A stretch of 64,000 bases of DNA from Acidobacteriota bacterium (GTDB taxonomy: Bacteria > Acidobacteriota > UBA6911 > RPQK01 > JAJDTT01), in assembly GCA_965209055.1 (NCBI GenBank), contig OZ242374.1, positions 512,001 through 576,000 of the forward strand, read 5' to 3'. Below, in pieces: positions 16,968-27,153 of this stretch. The notes under the pieces are model-generated. The model was not told the origin of the DNA. It searched no databases and worked only from the letters and a program-made list of their open reading frames with translations. Position numbers and translations under genes: made by a program. Position 1 is the first letter of the stretch; each line of letters starts with the position of its first letter.

Positions 16968-19145
16968 CTACCCCGAAGCCCCTTCCATGGCAACGGGGCG
17001 CATCACGGGGACTTCGACAATCATTTCGGTGAACTCGCCGGGTTCGGTTTCCACTCGAATGGATCCTCCATGCTCCCGCACGATGTCGTTGGAGAGAGCA
17101 AGGCCCAGACCCGTTCCCTGGTCGGTGGGTTTCGTGGTAAAGAACGGATTGAAGATCTTTTCTACGATCTCAGGCGGAATTCCGTTCCCATTGTCCTTGA
17201 TTCGGACCTCGATCCGGTCTTCGAGACGCCGGGTGGCGACCCACAGAGTCGGCATGTAGTCGAAAAAGCCTTTCCCCGCCTCGATCGCCGCGCGCCGTTT
17301 CTGATCGGTGGCGTAGCAGGCGTTGCCCACCATGTTCAGAAAAACCCGGCCCATGTCCTGCGGAACGACTTCGAACTGACCGGCCTCCGGGTCCAGACTC
17401 ATCTCCATATGGAGCTGGAAATCGGGATCGGTCGCCCTCGCGCTGTGGTAGGCAAGACGGGTGTGCTCGTCGAGCAGGTTGTTGACGTCCGTCACCTGCC
17501 ATTCGCCCGAGCCACGGCCCATCATAAGCATGTCGTGAACGATCCGGTTGGCCCGTTCGCCGTGCTGGTGGATGCGGCGTAGATTGTCGGTGATGTCCTG
17601 AATCAGCTCCGCGACCAGCTCGCGGTCGTCCTTACTCAGTTTCTCGCCTTCTTCTTCCAGGACTTCCTGGAGTTCCTCCAGGAGTTCCTGCGACGCCTCC
17701 GCGAAGTTCTTAACGAAGTTCAAAGGATTCTTGATCTCATGGGCAACGCCCGCGGTGAGCTCACCGAGCGCCGCCAGCTTTTCACGCATGACGATCTGGT
17801 CCTGAGCTTTCCGCAAGTCGGCGAGGACGCTCTCCAACTGTTCGTTCTTACCCCGCAATTCCTCTGCCAGCTTCTCCACCAGGTTCAGACGCTGGACCTC
17901 CAGCGCGTGGCGCCGAAACACCTCCAGGGCGGCGGCCATGTCGGCCACCTCGTCCCTTCCTTCGATCTCGACCTTGCCCTCCAGTTCTCCCCCGGCCATT
18001 CGCCGCATGCGCTGCGACAACAGCGCCAGGCGGCGCAGCAGTATCCGTCCCACGATCAGCCAGGCGATGAGCACGGCGCCGACGATGCTGAGCCCGTTGA
18101 TGGCGACGAGGAGGACTCGGCCCGCCAGAATGGCTTGTGTGGATTCTTGAGTGTCGGCTGCCGCTCTCGCCTGAGACGCTTTCACCAACTCGTCGACGGC
18201 CGCCACCAGGTCAATGGCGATTCCGCGGTTCTCCGCCAAGAGGTCTCTCTGCCGCGCGGTCAGTCTCAATTGGCGGACCAGCAGATTGAGGCAGCCCTCC
18301 TCTCCGGCGCCCAACTCGAAAAGAAGTTGGAAGTCGGCGGAGATCTGCCCAAGCAATTCGGACTCTCCCAGCGACGACAGGCTCCTTTCGATGCGATTGC
18401 GAGACGCCTCGAACTTGTCTCGCAAAGGCTCGATCAGGAAGGCGTCCGAAACCGTGAAAGCACTGTCCAGAAGTTGCGTGGCGGTATTGGCGTCCGCCAG
18501 CAGATCGGTCAAGTGACGAAAGCGATCGAACTGATCTTCCGAGAAATGTTTCCAACGAGGAGCCGGAGGCTCCCCCAAGGTTCGGTGTCCCGTGATGGTG
18601 TAAAAGAATTGGTCATCCACGGTCGGGAAGATGACCCGCTGCAGGCGTCCTTGCAGATCCGCGAGTTCGGTGCGCAGAGCCGAACTCCGCTCGGCCAATT
18701 CGTAAATCGCCGACATGTCGGTTTCGATGGCCTCGATGTTCGATCTCAAGGTATCGGCGTGAGCGCGAATGCGCCGGAAACGTTCGTCGGCCGCATCCTG
18801 GCGCTCCAAAACGGCCAACTGCTCCTCGAGCGCCGTTTTCGACTCGTTGATGCTTGCCGCAACCTGGGCGAAGTCGTCGGTCGTTTCGGCGGTGGTCAGC
18901 CGAGGCGCAGCCGCGACCAGGGCGGCGCTGTACTGCGCCACACCGAACGCGGCCTCCAATTCCGGGAACCGAAGTTCATTGACCCGCCGCTGCAGATCGC
19001 CCACGCGGTCAAAGGAAAACCAGCCCACGAGACTCGCGGCGATCGTCAGGGCGACGGCGCCTCCGATGGTGACGTAGAGCTGCGTCGAGATCCGAAAGCG
19101 ACTCTGCAGCAGACTACCGAGCAAGCGGTTCAGTCGTTCGATCAC
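16968..19145 (-). CDS. Membrane sensor histidine kinase: TorS-like helical periplasmic domain, HAMP, HisKA, HATPase
   Basis: Two TM segments around a long helical region; HAMP (EGRDEVADMAAALEVFR); H-box GVAHEIKNPL; N-box N..GNA; DNG.GI; FFTTK..GTGLGL. Confidence 0.9.
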   Translation of the reverse strand: MIERLNRLLGSLLQSRFRISTQLYVTIGGAVALTIAASLVGWFSFDRVGDLQRRVNELRFPELEAAFGVAQYSAALVAAAPRLTTAETTDDFAQVAASINESKTALEEQLAVLERQDAADERFRRIRAHADTLRSNIEAIETDMSAIYELAERSSALRTELADLQGRLQRVIFPTVDDQFFYTITGHRTLGEPPAPRWKHFSEDQFDRFRHLTDLLADANTATQLLDSAFTVSDAFLIEPLRDKFEASRNRIERSLSSLGESELLGQISADFQLLFELGAGEEGCLNLLVRQLRLTARQRDLLAENRGIAIDLVAAVDELVKASQARAAADTQESTQAILAGRVLLVAINGLSIVGAVLIAWLIVGRILLRRLALLSQRMRRMAGGELEGKVEIEGRDEVADMAAALEVFRRHALEVQRLNLVEKLAEELRGKNEQLESVLADLRKAQDQIVMREKLAALGELTAGVAHEIKNPLNFVKNFAEASQELLEELQEVLEEEGEKLSKDDRELVAELIQDITDNLRRIHQHGERANRIVHDMLMMGRGSGEWQVTDVNNLLDEHTRLAYHSARATDPDFQLHMEMSLDPEAGQFEVVPQDMGRVFLNMVGNACYATDQKRRAAIEAGKGFFDYMPTLWVATRRLEDRIEVRIKDNGNGIPPEIVEKIFNPFFTTKPTDQGTGLGLALSNDIVREHGGSIRVETEPGEFTEMIVEVPVMRPVAMEGASG

Positions 19146-20326
19146 GGCGCCGCTTCCAGCATTGAGCTGATGGGACGATATTGACCGTCACGACCGATTA
19201 CGGTCAGATAAACGGCATCCGATCCCTGGTTGTCCTGGTCGCCGAAACGAAGCCGGAACCCACCGAGGTCCATCATTCCGGCTTGGCGAAAACCGTCCAG
19301 AAAACCGGCTCGACTAATCTCACCCCCGGACTGCTTCAGGCCGGCAATGGCCAGGCGCCCGGCCAGATAGCCTTCGAAGGAGATGAACCCGGGAACCACG
19401 CCGGATGCGTAGGCAGCAAGGGCGCGATTGTAGTCGCGGACGATGGAACGCGATTTGTCGGTCGGGAAGGGCACGACCTGAGTGACGTAAACACCGGCGC
19501 CGGCGGAGCCGAGCTCCTTCGCCAACGCGTTGCTGCCGACGAAGGAGATGTTCATGAATACGGCTTGGAGGCCCGAAAACCGGGCCCAGGAAATGAATGT
19601 GGCGAGAGGTTTGTACGCGCCGATGAGAATCACGGCTTTGGGGTCCCCGTCGTTGATGTCCAGGAGAGCCATCTTTACCGCCAGGGTATTGCGAGGGTAA
19701 AGGCCGATGGCCACCGGCGTCATATTCCGTCGATCGAGCGCGGCCCGAACCCCACGGTATCCGGCCCGGCCGAAGGAATCGTCCTGGAACAATACGGCGA
19801 TCCGCTTGATTCCCATGTCCTCGGTCAACCTGGCTACCATTTCTTCGGTCTCCTGGTTGTAGGAGGCCCGAAGGTTGATGACGTTGCTCCACTCGGCGGC
19901 GCGCAGGAACTCGGCACCCGTGAAGGGGGCGATATACGGCACGCTGGCGTCCGCGGCAACCGGTACGGCCGCGCGTGAGGTGGGTGTGCCGACTGCGCCG
20001 ATGAGAGCGAAGACCTCTTGTTCCCTGATCAGAGTGACGGTATTGGCAACGGCGGCCTCCGGTTCGTAGGCATCGTCCAGCGACGTCAACTCCAGCCGAC
20101 GGCCATCGATGCCGCCCGCCCGGTTGACCTCGTGGAAGGCGGCCTGGATGCCGAGACGCATGCTGATACCCAACTCCTGGGCAGGACCGCTGAAAGCGGC
20201 GGACTGTCCGAAGAGAATGCGGTCGTCGGAAACGCCGGGTTCCTGCGCCGGAACCGGCAATGCTGTCAGCAACCATGCGGCCACCAAAATGAGGACGCCG
20301 GCCGGCCGGCCGGACCATCGCTTCAC
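19142..20326 (-). CDS. Type I periplasmic binding protein (LivJ/branched-chain amino-acid-binding-like), no adjacent ABC permease or ATPase
   Basis: Signal peptide; GQSAAFSGP, GGIDGR..L...DD.YEP, GAVGTPT, RASY.QE, QDDSFG, EGYLAG. GTGA overlaps with both rsbW and the kinase. Confidence 0.9.
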   Translation of the reverse strand: MKRWSGRPAGVLILVAAWLLTALPVPAQEPGVSDDRILFGQSAAFSGPAQELGISMRLGIQAAFHEVNRAGGIDGRRLELTSLDDAYEPEAAVANTVTLIREQEVFALIGAVGTPTSRAAVPVAADASVPYIAPFTGAEFLRAAEWSNVINLRASYNQETEEMVARLTEDMGIKRIAVLFQDDSFGRAGYRGVRAALDRRNMTPVAIGLYPRNTLAVKMALLDINDGDPKAVILIGAYKPLATFISWARFSGLQAVFMNISFVGSNALAKELGSAGAGVYVTQVVPFPTDKSRSIVRDYNRALAAYASGVVPGFISFEGYLAGRLAIAGLKQSGGEISRAGFLDGFRQAGMMDLGGFRLRFGDQDNQGSDAVYLTVIGRDGQYRPISSMLEAAP

Positions 20327-20742
20327 CGGACCCGCTCCTTGACCAGAGTCACGTGGTTTCTCCCCCCCTGACGCCGATAGCGCAAGTTGTCCACCAGGCT
20401 GCGTACGATATGGATCCCGAGGCCGCCGATGGTGCGTTCCCCTAATTCCACATCCAGATCGGGCTCGGGAGCCTCGCTGGTCGGATCGAACGGATGGCCG
20501 TTGTCCACGATTTCGACGGTGAGGGACTCACCTTCCGCGGTCAGCGTGATCTCGATCTTCTCGAGGTTCTTGGTCTTCCCGTGGGTCATGATGTTGAGTC
20601 CCAGCTCTTCGATCACCAGGTTGATTTGAAAGATCATGTCGGACGGCCATTTTTCCGCGTCGCCGAACTGCTCCACAGCGGCCGTAATCACACTCAGTTC
20701 CTCAACTCTGGGGTCGATTTCCAGGGACAGCTTTCGGCTCAA
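20323..20742 (-). CDS. Anti-sigma factor / Ser kinase, RsbW-like (copy 1)
   Basis: L..EELGLNI..HG, DNG.PFDP, R..GGLGI..VR...D...Y.R..G.N. Confidence 0.9.
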   Translation of the reverse strand: MSRKLSLEIDPRVEELSVITAAVEQFGDAEKWPSDMIFQINLVIEELGLNIMTHGKTKNLEKIEITLTAEGESLTVEIVDNGHPFDPTSEAPEPDLDVELGERTIGGLGIHIVRSLVDNLRYRRQGGRNHVTLVKERVR

Positions 20743-20909
20743 CGACGCCTCTCGCTCAGACTGGACCTCATAAGGGAGACGACGGGCGACTGCGCCTTGT
20801 CACCGGCGTTATTCCCGTCCGCTCCGAATTTGGCTGGTCATCGGGCATGCCCCGACAGCGCGGCACAGCAGACTCGACCGGCATCCACTCCGGTCTCCAC
20901 GCCGGGATC

Positions 20910-21248
20910 CTATCCGCCATGCTTGGCGACGGCTTCGGACCGGGAGGCATGAGTGGGGATGATTCTGCTGAAACCACTGATCTCAAACACCTCGTTGATG
21001 GTATCGGTGAGCGAGCACACAACGAGCTTTCCACCTCGTCCCTGCAGCTTCTTGGCAATCATCAGAAAAGCTCGAAGGCCGGCACTGCTGATGTAGGAAA
21101 GATCTTGTAAGTCCATGATCAGGAGACGATCGTCCTCCCCGATTGCCTCGTGGAGCGCCTCCTCGAATTCGCGGGCATTGGTGCCGTCGACACGGCCCTC
21201 CGCTCGGGTGATCAAGATCCCTCCTTCCCGCTCGGCGTGAACCTCCAT
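20910..21248 (-). CDS. STAS-domain anti-sigma antagonist, RsbV-like (copy 1)
   Basis: GRVD..NA.EF, DL..LSYISSAGLR (phospho-acceptor Ser motif), EVFEISGF. Confidence 0.9.
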   Translation of the reverse strand: MEVHAEREGGILITRAEGRVDGTNAREFEEALHEAIGEDDRLLIMDLQDLSYISSAGLRAFLMIAKKLQGRGGKLVVCSLTDTINEVFEISGFSRIIPTHASRSEAVAKHGG

Positions 21249-21484
21249 TGCTCTGACTCCCGGATATTGTGACCTAATCCTTCCGACAATTTGCCGCGAT
21301 ATTACCACCGGTGGACCTTCAAGCGAAACCACCACGCCACGGTCGGCAGATGGTTTTCGTTGCCGGGAAATGGTACGGAAGGCTGAATGCCACTGATGAG
21401 GCCGACTCCTTTTCCCGCTTGAGGACGCCCGAGCCGGCGATTTGAGCGGCGCGGCTGCCTGATGCCGAGGGAACCCGGCGACCC

Positions 21485-22735
21485 TCAAAAATTGTAAATC
21501 AAGGCCAATTCGACGAAGCTGTCGCGCCGAGTCAAATAGGTGAGATCCACTTCCTGGATACCCCGAAAGGCGATCGACTCCAGACGCAGAGACCACTGAT
21601 CCGAGATGCGCCGGTTCAATTCCAGAGTCAGCACCTGTCCTGAACTGTCGGCGTCTCGCAGAATGCTGGCGAGAAGCTCGGTGCTCTGAACGTCGTTGAA
21701 GGCTATCCTCGCGGCCAGGAAAAAATCATTCTGGAAGATGTTGGTGGCATATTGGCGCCGGTCGTCGTAGTTCCATTCGCTGAGCAGCGTAAGATCCAAC
21801 GCCGAGCCGGATACGGAATAGAACGTGTACTCGCCGCCAAACGTGGAAGCCGAGTAGTCTTCTTCCACGCCGAGAAGGTTTTGGGCGCCGGTTCGCCGAA
21901 TCGCCTCGAGCTTGAACAGCCAGGACCCGGCCGTCACCTGGGCGTCCAGCCCGAACTGCCGGATCTGCTCGTAGTATGGGACCAAGGCCGGTTCTCCGGA
22001 GAGGCCCGGATCCAGAGTCAGAAAGGGATCTCGACTGGTGCCGTCGAAAACGCTCATGCCCAGGTCGAGAGGCCCGAAACTGCGACTGTAGCGGCCGGCT
22101 AAATCCAGATGCCACTGCTTGGCGTCGCTCTCATAGGAAATCATGTCGTTGTCCACAACAAACGGAAGTCGCAGACGGCCGAAGCGGCCTGGAAAGGTGC
22201 GGCCACGGTGATACGTCAGGCCGAAGACTTCCGCCGTTCCCCAATCGCCGGAAAAAGTAAGGTGGGCCATGGGTTGGCCCAGCTTGGGTTCCTTGTAGGG
22301 ATGTTCCACCAGGTCGATCTGGTTGACGATGTTGACCAGGTGGCGGGATTCGGTGACTCCCCAGAACACCCGGTCCACCCCTAGACGGAGCTCCCATTCG
22401 CTATTCGCGACGTCGCCGAACAGCAGAAGGTAGGCTTCACGCAGATCGACATGGGTTCGGCTCGGGTCCCCGGCGTCGTAACGAAAAAACGGCGCCAGAT
22501 TGAAGCTCCGGCCTCCATGGTCTTCGAGATAGAATTCGGGCTCGATGGCCAGACCGCTTGCGTGTGAACGCTGGCCGGGGTACGCCGCACTTTGGGGATG
22601 CCACCGGCTTTCAAGGCTCACGCGCCCCGAAGTCTCGTGCCTGACGATCTCGGCCCGGAGTCCGCCAATACAGACTGGGATGAGAAGCCCCGCAGTGCAG
22701 AATCGCGCGCACCGAATGACGAGACGGCGGGGCAT
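21485..22735 (-). CDS. Outer-membrane beta-barrel protein associated with MMPL/LolA-like loci
   Basis: Signal peptide; R.H.DLREA, G..RVFWGV.ES.HLV.I.NQ.D, K.GQPM, alternating beta-strands, terminal YNF. Confidence 0.75.
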   Translation of the reverse strand: MPRRLVIRCARFCTAGLLIPVCIGGLRAEIVRHETSGRVSLESRWHPQSAAYPGQRSHASGLAIEPEFYLEDHGGRSFNLAPFFRYDAGDPSRTHVDLREAYLLLFGDVANSEWELRLGVDRVFWGVTESRHLVNIVNQIDLVEHPYKEPKLGQPMAHLTFSGDWGTAEVFGLTYHRGRTFPGRFGRLRLPFVVDNDMISYESDAKQWHLDLAGRYSRSFGPLDLGMSVFDGTSRDPFLTLDPGLSGEPALVPYYEQIRQFGLDAQVTAGSWLFKLEAIRRTGAQNLLGVEEDYSASTFGGEYTFYSVSGSALDLTLLSEWNYDDRRQYATNIFQNDFFLAARIAFNDVQSTELLASILRDADSSGQVLTLELNRRISDQWSLRLESIAFRGIQEVDLTYLTRRDSFVELALIYNF

Positions 22736-23559
22736 TAACGAATCCGTTGCAGCCCGGTGCGGGTGAAGTCGCGATCGTTGAGCTTGGTCCGGAATTCATA
22801 TTCCGTCCATGTCAGAACGGTGCTTTTCCCGGTGAGATGATTCACCATCGTCATCTCGCCCGCCTGCCAGTAGCGATCCAGGTACTGCCGGTAGTTCCTC
22901 AAGGTGAGGGTCTTCAGGTGCGAATCCTTGCGATCGTAGTATTCCACCTTCCAAACGCGAAACGCGTCTTTGTCCTGCCAGACCAACTGCCTGCGGTAAC
23001 CCGATTTCTTGTCCACAGGGACGCGCTCGGAGACGGTGCACGTCAACTCGCCGCAAGGCTCGTCCCGCAGGTATCGGTAGCTGAATCTCTCCACTTCCTG
23101 CGCGCTCATGTCCTCATAGGCGAACTCGCTGCCCATGAAGGAGCCGGAGCGGTTCGACGAACTGATCCGTTTCACCCGCTTCAGCGCCGGGAGATAGAGC
23201 CACTGGTCGTCCGCCTTGTCGCGATGGGCGTGGATCAGGAAAGCCGTTCCCTTGACGTCCCGCGGCTCATCGAAGACGAACATGCTCTTGTCTCCGTCTC
23301 CGGGCACTTCGAGCACCCTGACCCGGAGTTGGCGCCGACTCTCCTTCCCCTGCTTGTTCCGCAACACCATGGTCTGTTGAGCCGTAAAATTGCCGAATCC
23401 GTCTCCCTGCTCCCGCGCTTCGAGCGCAATCTTCAGGCCGATTTCTTCGGGGGAAGCGTCGTCGGAACGGGCGAACGCCGGCGAAGCCAGACAGGCCATG
23501 ACGACGACGGCAGGAACCACATGCGCGAGGGGAGACCGGACGGAACAAGAGTAAATCAT
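22735..23559 (-). CDS. Outer-membrane lipoprotein-sorting (LolA-like) periplasmic carrier
   Basis: Signal peptide; F..P.DVKGT.FL, DDQWLYLPALKRVKRI, SGSFMGSEFAYED, YYDRK...LK, M.N..TGK.T. ATGA overlap with the MMPL gene. Confidence 0.9.
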   Translation of the reverse strand: MIYSCSVRSPLAHVVPAVVVMACLASPAFARSDDASPEEIGLKIALEAREQGDGFGNFTAQQTMVLRNKQGKESRRQLRVRVLEVPGDGDKSMFVFDEPRDVKGTAFLIHAHRDKADDQWLYLPALKRVKRISSSNRSGSFMGSEFAYEDMSAQEVERFSYRYLRDEPCGELTCTVSERVPVDKKSGYRRQLVWQDKDAFRVWKVEYYDRKDSHLKTLTLRNYRQYLDRYWQAGEMTMVNHLTGKSTVLTWTEYEFRTKLNDRDFTRTGLQRIR

Positions 23560-25859
23560 GATTTTCTCCGATCGAGGGCCATCAACAGAGGCGGCAGCAG
23601 AAAGAAATCGGCGAGAAGCGCGAACACTATGGTGATCGTGACCATGAGTCCGAGCGACCGGCTGACCTCGAATCCCGATGAAGCGAACACCAGGAAGCCG
23701 GCCGACAAGACCGCAGTCGTGGTCCACAGAGCCTTTCCGACAGTGTTGAATGTGGAACGCACGGCCGCGGCCGCATCCAGGCCCTGGCGGCGCCCCTTCA
23801 GATACTTGGTCAGGAAATGAATCGTGTCGTCTACGACGATACCGAACGCAATCGCGGTCATCACGGAACCGGCCAGACCCAGATTGCCCACCAGATAGCC
23901 CCAGAATCCGAAGCTCATTGCCGCAGGAATGAAGTTGGGAATCAGACTGATGAGTCCGTGGCGCACGCTCCGGAATATCAGGACCAGGATGAACGAGACG
24001 ATGGCCATGGCAATGATCGTCCCCCGCAGCATGCTTTCGATGTTTCGAAGAGAAAGGTGGGCAAAGACCACACTGAGGCCCGTGGCCGGCACGACTCGAT
24101 GGGGCAGGTTGGCGCGGAGCCAATCTTGAGCGCGAGCGTCCAACTCGCGCAGGCCCCGCGACGAAGAGTCACGGACCGTCACCGTCATGCGGGTCTCGGA
24201 CTTGGCGATGTCGATCCGGTTGTTCAGGTCATTGCCGAAGGGAAGCGACAGCTCGTAGACCAACAGGTATTGGGCCGCGAGTTCGGGGTCGTCCGGCAAC
24301 CGATAGTAACCGGGGTCGTCGCCGTGCATGTTCTTGTTCAGGCGTTTCATGATGTCCGGGAACGCCTGGACATGGGTCACTTCGGGTTGCGTGCGGTACC
24401 ATTCGGCGAATTTCTCGACGGCGCCCAGATATTCGGGATCGGTGATGCCGCCTTCCCGTCCCGCTTTCAGCGAATACTCCAGCGTATCCAAGCCGGTCAG
24501 GTTTTCGATGACGAAATCCGTATCGCGCCGGAACTGGTAGCGCTCGTCGAAATACTTGGGCCAATTGTCGCTCAACTGGTTGCGGGGGATGCCCATGACG
24601 AGGCCTATGGCGATGAGGGGAACGAACCAGAGCAGAAATCTGCGCTTGGCCACGACAAAGGCGCCGAAGCGTTCGAAGAAGAGAGTCTTTTCAGGGAGCA
24701 GCCGGCGCGCGCGCAGCGGCAGGATCGAAAGCACCGCCGGCAGAAGCAACATGGAATAAACGAAAGCACAAGAAACACCGAACGCCACCAGATTGCCCAG
24801 GACGCGAAACGGAGGCGAGTCCGAAGCGTTCAGGCTGAGAAAGCCGATCACCGTTGTGAGAGTCGTCAGAAATACGGGATAAGCATTGGTCCGCACGGAT
24901 GCCGCGATCGCGGCGTTCCTGCTCAAACCGCGGCTCATGCCCAGCAAGGTGCTGGTGACGATGTGAATTGAATCCGCAACGGCGACCGCCATCACGATAA
25001 TGGGTACCCCGGCATTGGTCGGACTCATCACGGTTCCGAGCCAGCCCGCCAACCCCATTGTCGTGTTGACGATGAATACGAGCAGGACCGAGATGGACAG
25101 GGTGGCAAGAAACGAGCGCAGAAGAATCGCGGCGGAGGCCGCGATCACCAGAAAAACGATGGGAACCAGGATCTGAAGATCGTCCTGTGTGGCTTCGGCG
25201 AAGGCGCGGTGCATGACGACATCGCCGGTCAGGAAATAGGCGATTTCAGGATGCCGTCCGCGAGCCTCTTCCAGAGCGGCGTTGAGATAGTCGGTGATCT
25301 CCGCCACCGCGGCGTCCGGATCTTCGGGCAGGACGAAATTGATGGTCAAGCCGCCGACGCGGCCGTCGGTGGAGACCAGGCGCCCGGCGATCTCGGAAGC
25401 ATTCAGCGCAATCGTCCGGATTCGGGCCAGGTCGGCATCGTTCAGAGACTGTGCGTCATCGACCAGCGGCTCGACCACCAGATCGTCCTCGACCGCTTCG
25501 CTATGGGAATAGTTGGTGAGGGAATCGACCCGTGTGGAATAGGGGGCGCCCCAGGCAGCTTCGGTCAGTTCCTCGATCGCCCCAAGCGCCTCGAGCGTGA
25601 ATACGGAACCCGCCCCGGGCGCAATGGCGATCAATGCCCTGTTGGATGCGGCATACGTGTTCTCCAGGGCATCGAATGCGGCGAGTTGAGGATTGTCTTC
25701 GTCGAACAGAATTCGGTAGTCGTTCGTGGTGGTGATGTACCGGGCACCTGCCGTCATGACCAGCATGACCACTGTCGCAACCACCAACACCGTCCAGCGG
25801 TGGTTCAGGACAACAGCAATGTAGCGGTCCAAGAAGGGCGACGTCATACCTTCGTTCAC
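23556..25859 (-). CDS. MMPL/RND family lipid transporter
   Basis: Two-repeat 12-TM layout; AVADSIH, T.LTT.IGF.SL..S..PPF..LG, GIVVDDTIHFL..Y. Confidence 0.9.
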   Translation of the reverse strand: MNEGMTSPFLDRYIAVVLNHRWTVLVVATVVMLVMTAGARYITTTNDYRILFDEDNPQLAAFDALENTYAASNRALIAIAPGAGSVFTLEALGAIEELTEAAWGAPYSTRVDSLTNYSHSEAVEDDLVVEPLVDDAQSLNDADLARIRTIALNASEIAGRLVSTDGRVGGLTINFVLPEDPDAAVAEITDYLNAALEEARGRHPEIAYFLTGDVVMHRAFAEATQDDLQILVPIVFLVIAASAAILLRSFLATLSISVLLVFIVNTTMGLAGWLGTVMSPTNAGVPIIVMAVAVADSIHIVTSTLLGMSRGLSRNAAIAASVRTNAYPVFLTTLTTVIGFLSLNASDSPPFRVLGNLVAFGVSCAFVYSMLLLPAVLSILPLRARRLLPEKTLFFERFGAFVVAKRRFLLWFVPLIAIGLVMGIPRNQLSDNWPKYFDERYQFRRDTDFVIENLTGLDTLEYSLKAGREGGITDPEYLGAVEKFAEWYRTQPEVTHVQAFPDIMKRLNKNMHGDDPGYYRLPDDPELAAQYLLVYELSLPFGNDLNNRIDIAKSETRMTVTVRDSSSRGLRELDARAQDWLRANLPHRVVPATGLSVVFAHLSLRNIESMLRGTIIAMAIVSFILVLIFRSVRHGLISLIPNFIPAAMSFGFWGYLVGNLGLAGSVMTAIAFGIVVDDTIHFLTKYLKGRRQGLDAAAAVRSTFNTVGKALWTTTAVLSAGFLVFASSGFEVSRSLGLMVTITIVFALLADFFLLPPLLMALDRRKS

Positions 25860-27028
25860 CAGGGACTCGATTTCGACGCCCGAACGTGGTCAGGCATCTT
25901 GTAACTCATCGCGCCCAACACGGCCTCGTCGTAGACCGAGATTTCGAGCATCTGGCAAAAATTCTCCGACCTGATCAACTGCTGGCTCTTGAGCAGATGC
26001 TGAAAACGTTGTTTCAACCGGTAAGCGAACAGCACACCCAAGGTATTCGACTTTGGAAACTGCAACTGGTCGGCAAGCCTGTTTCCGATCAGGGAGCGTG
26101 ACAGCCGGTAGGCCAGGTCCTTCACGGCGACCTGTTCCTCCGGGTCTTCGATTCCCGCCGTCAGGGGAATCGCCTCTACCAGCGCGTTGGCCATGGTGGC
26201 CGAATCACTGTCCGGGGTCGGCTCGCACATGTGGGCTACATCGAATATTTCGCGCGCGTGGCTTTCACTGGAAAAGAGGATGGACTCGGGCACCCCCATG
26301 ACGTACCCGGCGTATCGCCAGACTTGCAGCACACTCTCTCGCTCCTCCCCGGAATACCTGGCCCCCACGGAAATCGAATGCTGGAGCAGGCGCATGGAAA
26401 AGACGGTGGTGGCGAAACCCAGGTGCGCCGCGCTGATCGGCGTACCCCAAGCATCGGCATCCCAAGCGTCGGAATTCGCCAACAGGTGCCTCACTCGGGC
26501 GTGAACGAAGCGAAGGCGCATGGAGAGCTTCCAACCATCTCCATCCCTCCGCAGACCTCCGGGGAAAAACACCTCCAGCAGATGGCGGTTGTTCTGCATC
26601 AGGCGCCTTCTCGCGGTCAAGGGGCTCAAGACGCGTCCCGTCGTGGCGAAAGACTTGGCGATCAGCGTCGCAAATCCCTCGATCAGCACGCCCGTGACAA
26701 AGGCGACGAGGATTTTCGTCGTGTTCAGGTGAAAGGCCCGGACGCCGGGACGAAAAGCTTCGTAGTCGAACCAGGGGGGATCTTCCAGATTCTCGAAAAA
26801 ACCGCGCAGTGACTGCGGCGCGGCGCGAAGACCCTCTTCGTCCTGGTCGATCCCGGCTCGGATGAATCGATGCAATACGTGGGGCGGCAACGAGGAGACC
26901 TCGTCCATCACCGGATCGAGCGCGGGGTCGCCGACGGTCGTGTGCCGGATATAGCTGTCGGCAAGCGTCTGGTCGTAGCGCCGGGCCTCCCGGTAGCCCT
27001 CGACATACGCCGAGGGGGATTGCAGCAT
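25856..27028 (-). CDS. MpaB/Lcp (DUF2236, rubber-oxygenase-like) heme oxygenase
   Basis: GDPALD, PPWFD...F..G..F, TG...RR, R.VHARVRHLL (heme-ligand His motif), W....WG.PIS, WRY.GYVMGV.E. No signal peptide; GTGA overlap with the MMPL gene. Confidence 0.85.
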   Translation of the reverse strand: MLQSPSAYVEGYREARRYDQTLADSYIRHTTVGDPALDPVMDEVSSLPPHVLHRFIRAGIDQDEEGLRAAPQSLRGFFENLEDPPWFDYEAFRPGVRAFHLNTTKILVAFVTGVLIEGFATLIAKSFATTGRVLSPLTARRRLMQNNRHLLEVFFPGGLRRDGDGWKLSMRLRFVHARVRHLLANSDAWDADAWGTPISAAHLGFATTVFSMRLLQHSISVGARYSGEERESVLQVWRYAGYVMGVPESILFSSESHAREIFDVAHMCEPTPDSDSATMANALVEAIPLTAGIEDPEEQVAVKDLAYRLSRSLIGNRLADQLQFPKSNTLGVLFAYRLKQRFQHLLKSQQLIRSENFCQMLEISVYDEAVLGAMSYKMPDHVRASKSSPW

Positions 27029-27153
27029 TCGTCGATCTCCTGACAGTCTGCCTGACTGATGGACAGCAGCGGATCTTCAGGACGCTCCGTCCGGAGAACT
27101 GTCCCGGTCGAAGGCCATTCCAGATTCGACGGTGAATCTCCAGGCCCGATCAA

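Noticed and set aside
20743-20909. Pseudogene remnant of a second PP2C phosphatase between STAS1 and RsbW1
   Set aside because: Only the few bases before the RsbW start resemble copy 2; I could not see phosphatase motifs in the gap.
23556-25859. Calling the MMPL gene hpnN and the locus a standard hopanoid cluster
   Set aside because: No shc, hpnG, hpnH or other hpn genes are present, and the LolA-like plus barrel partners indicate a different MMPL context.
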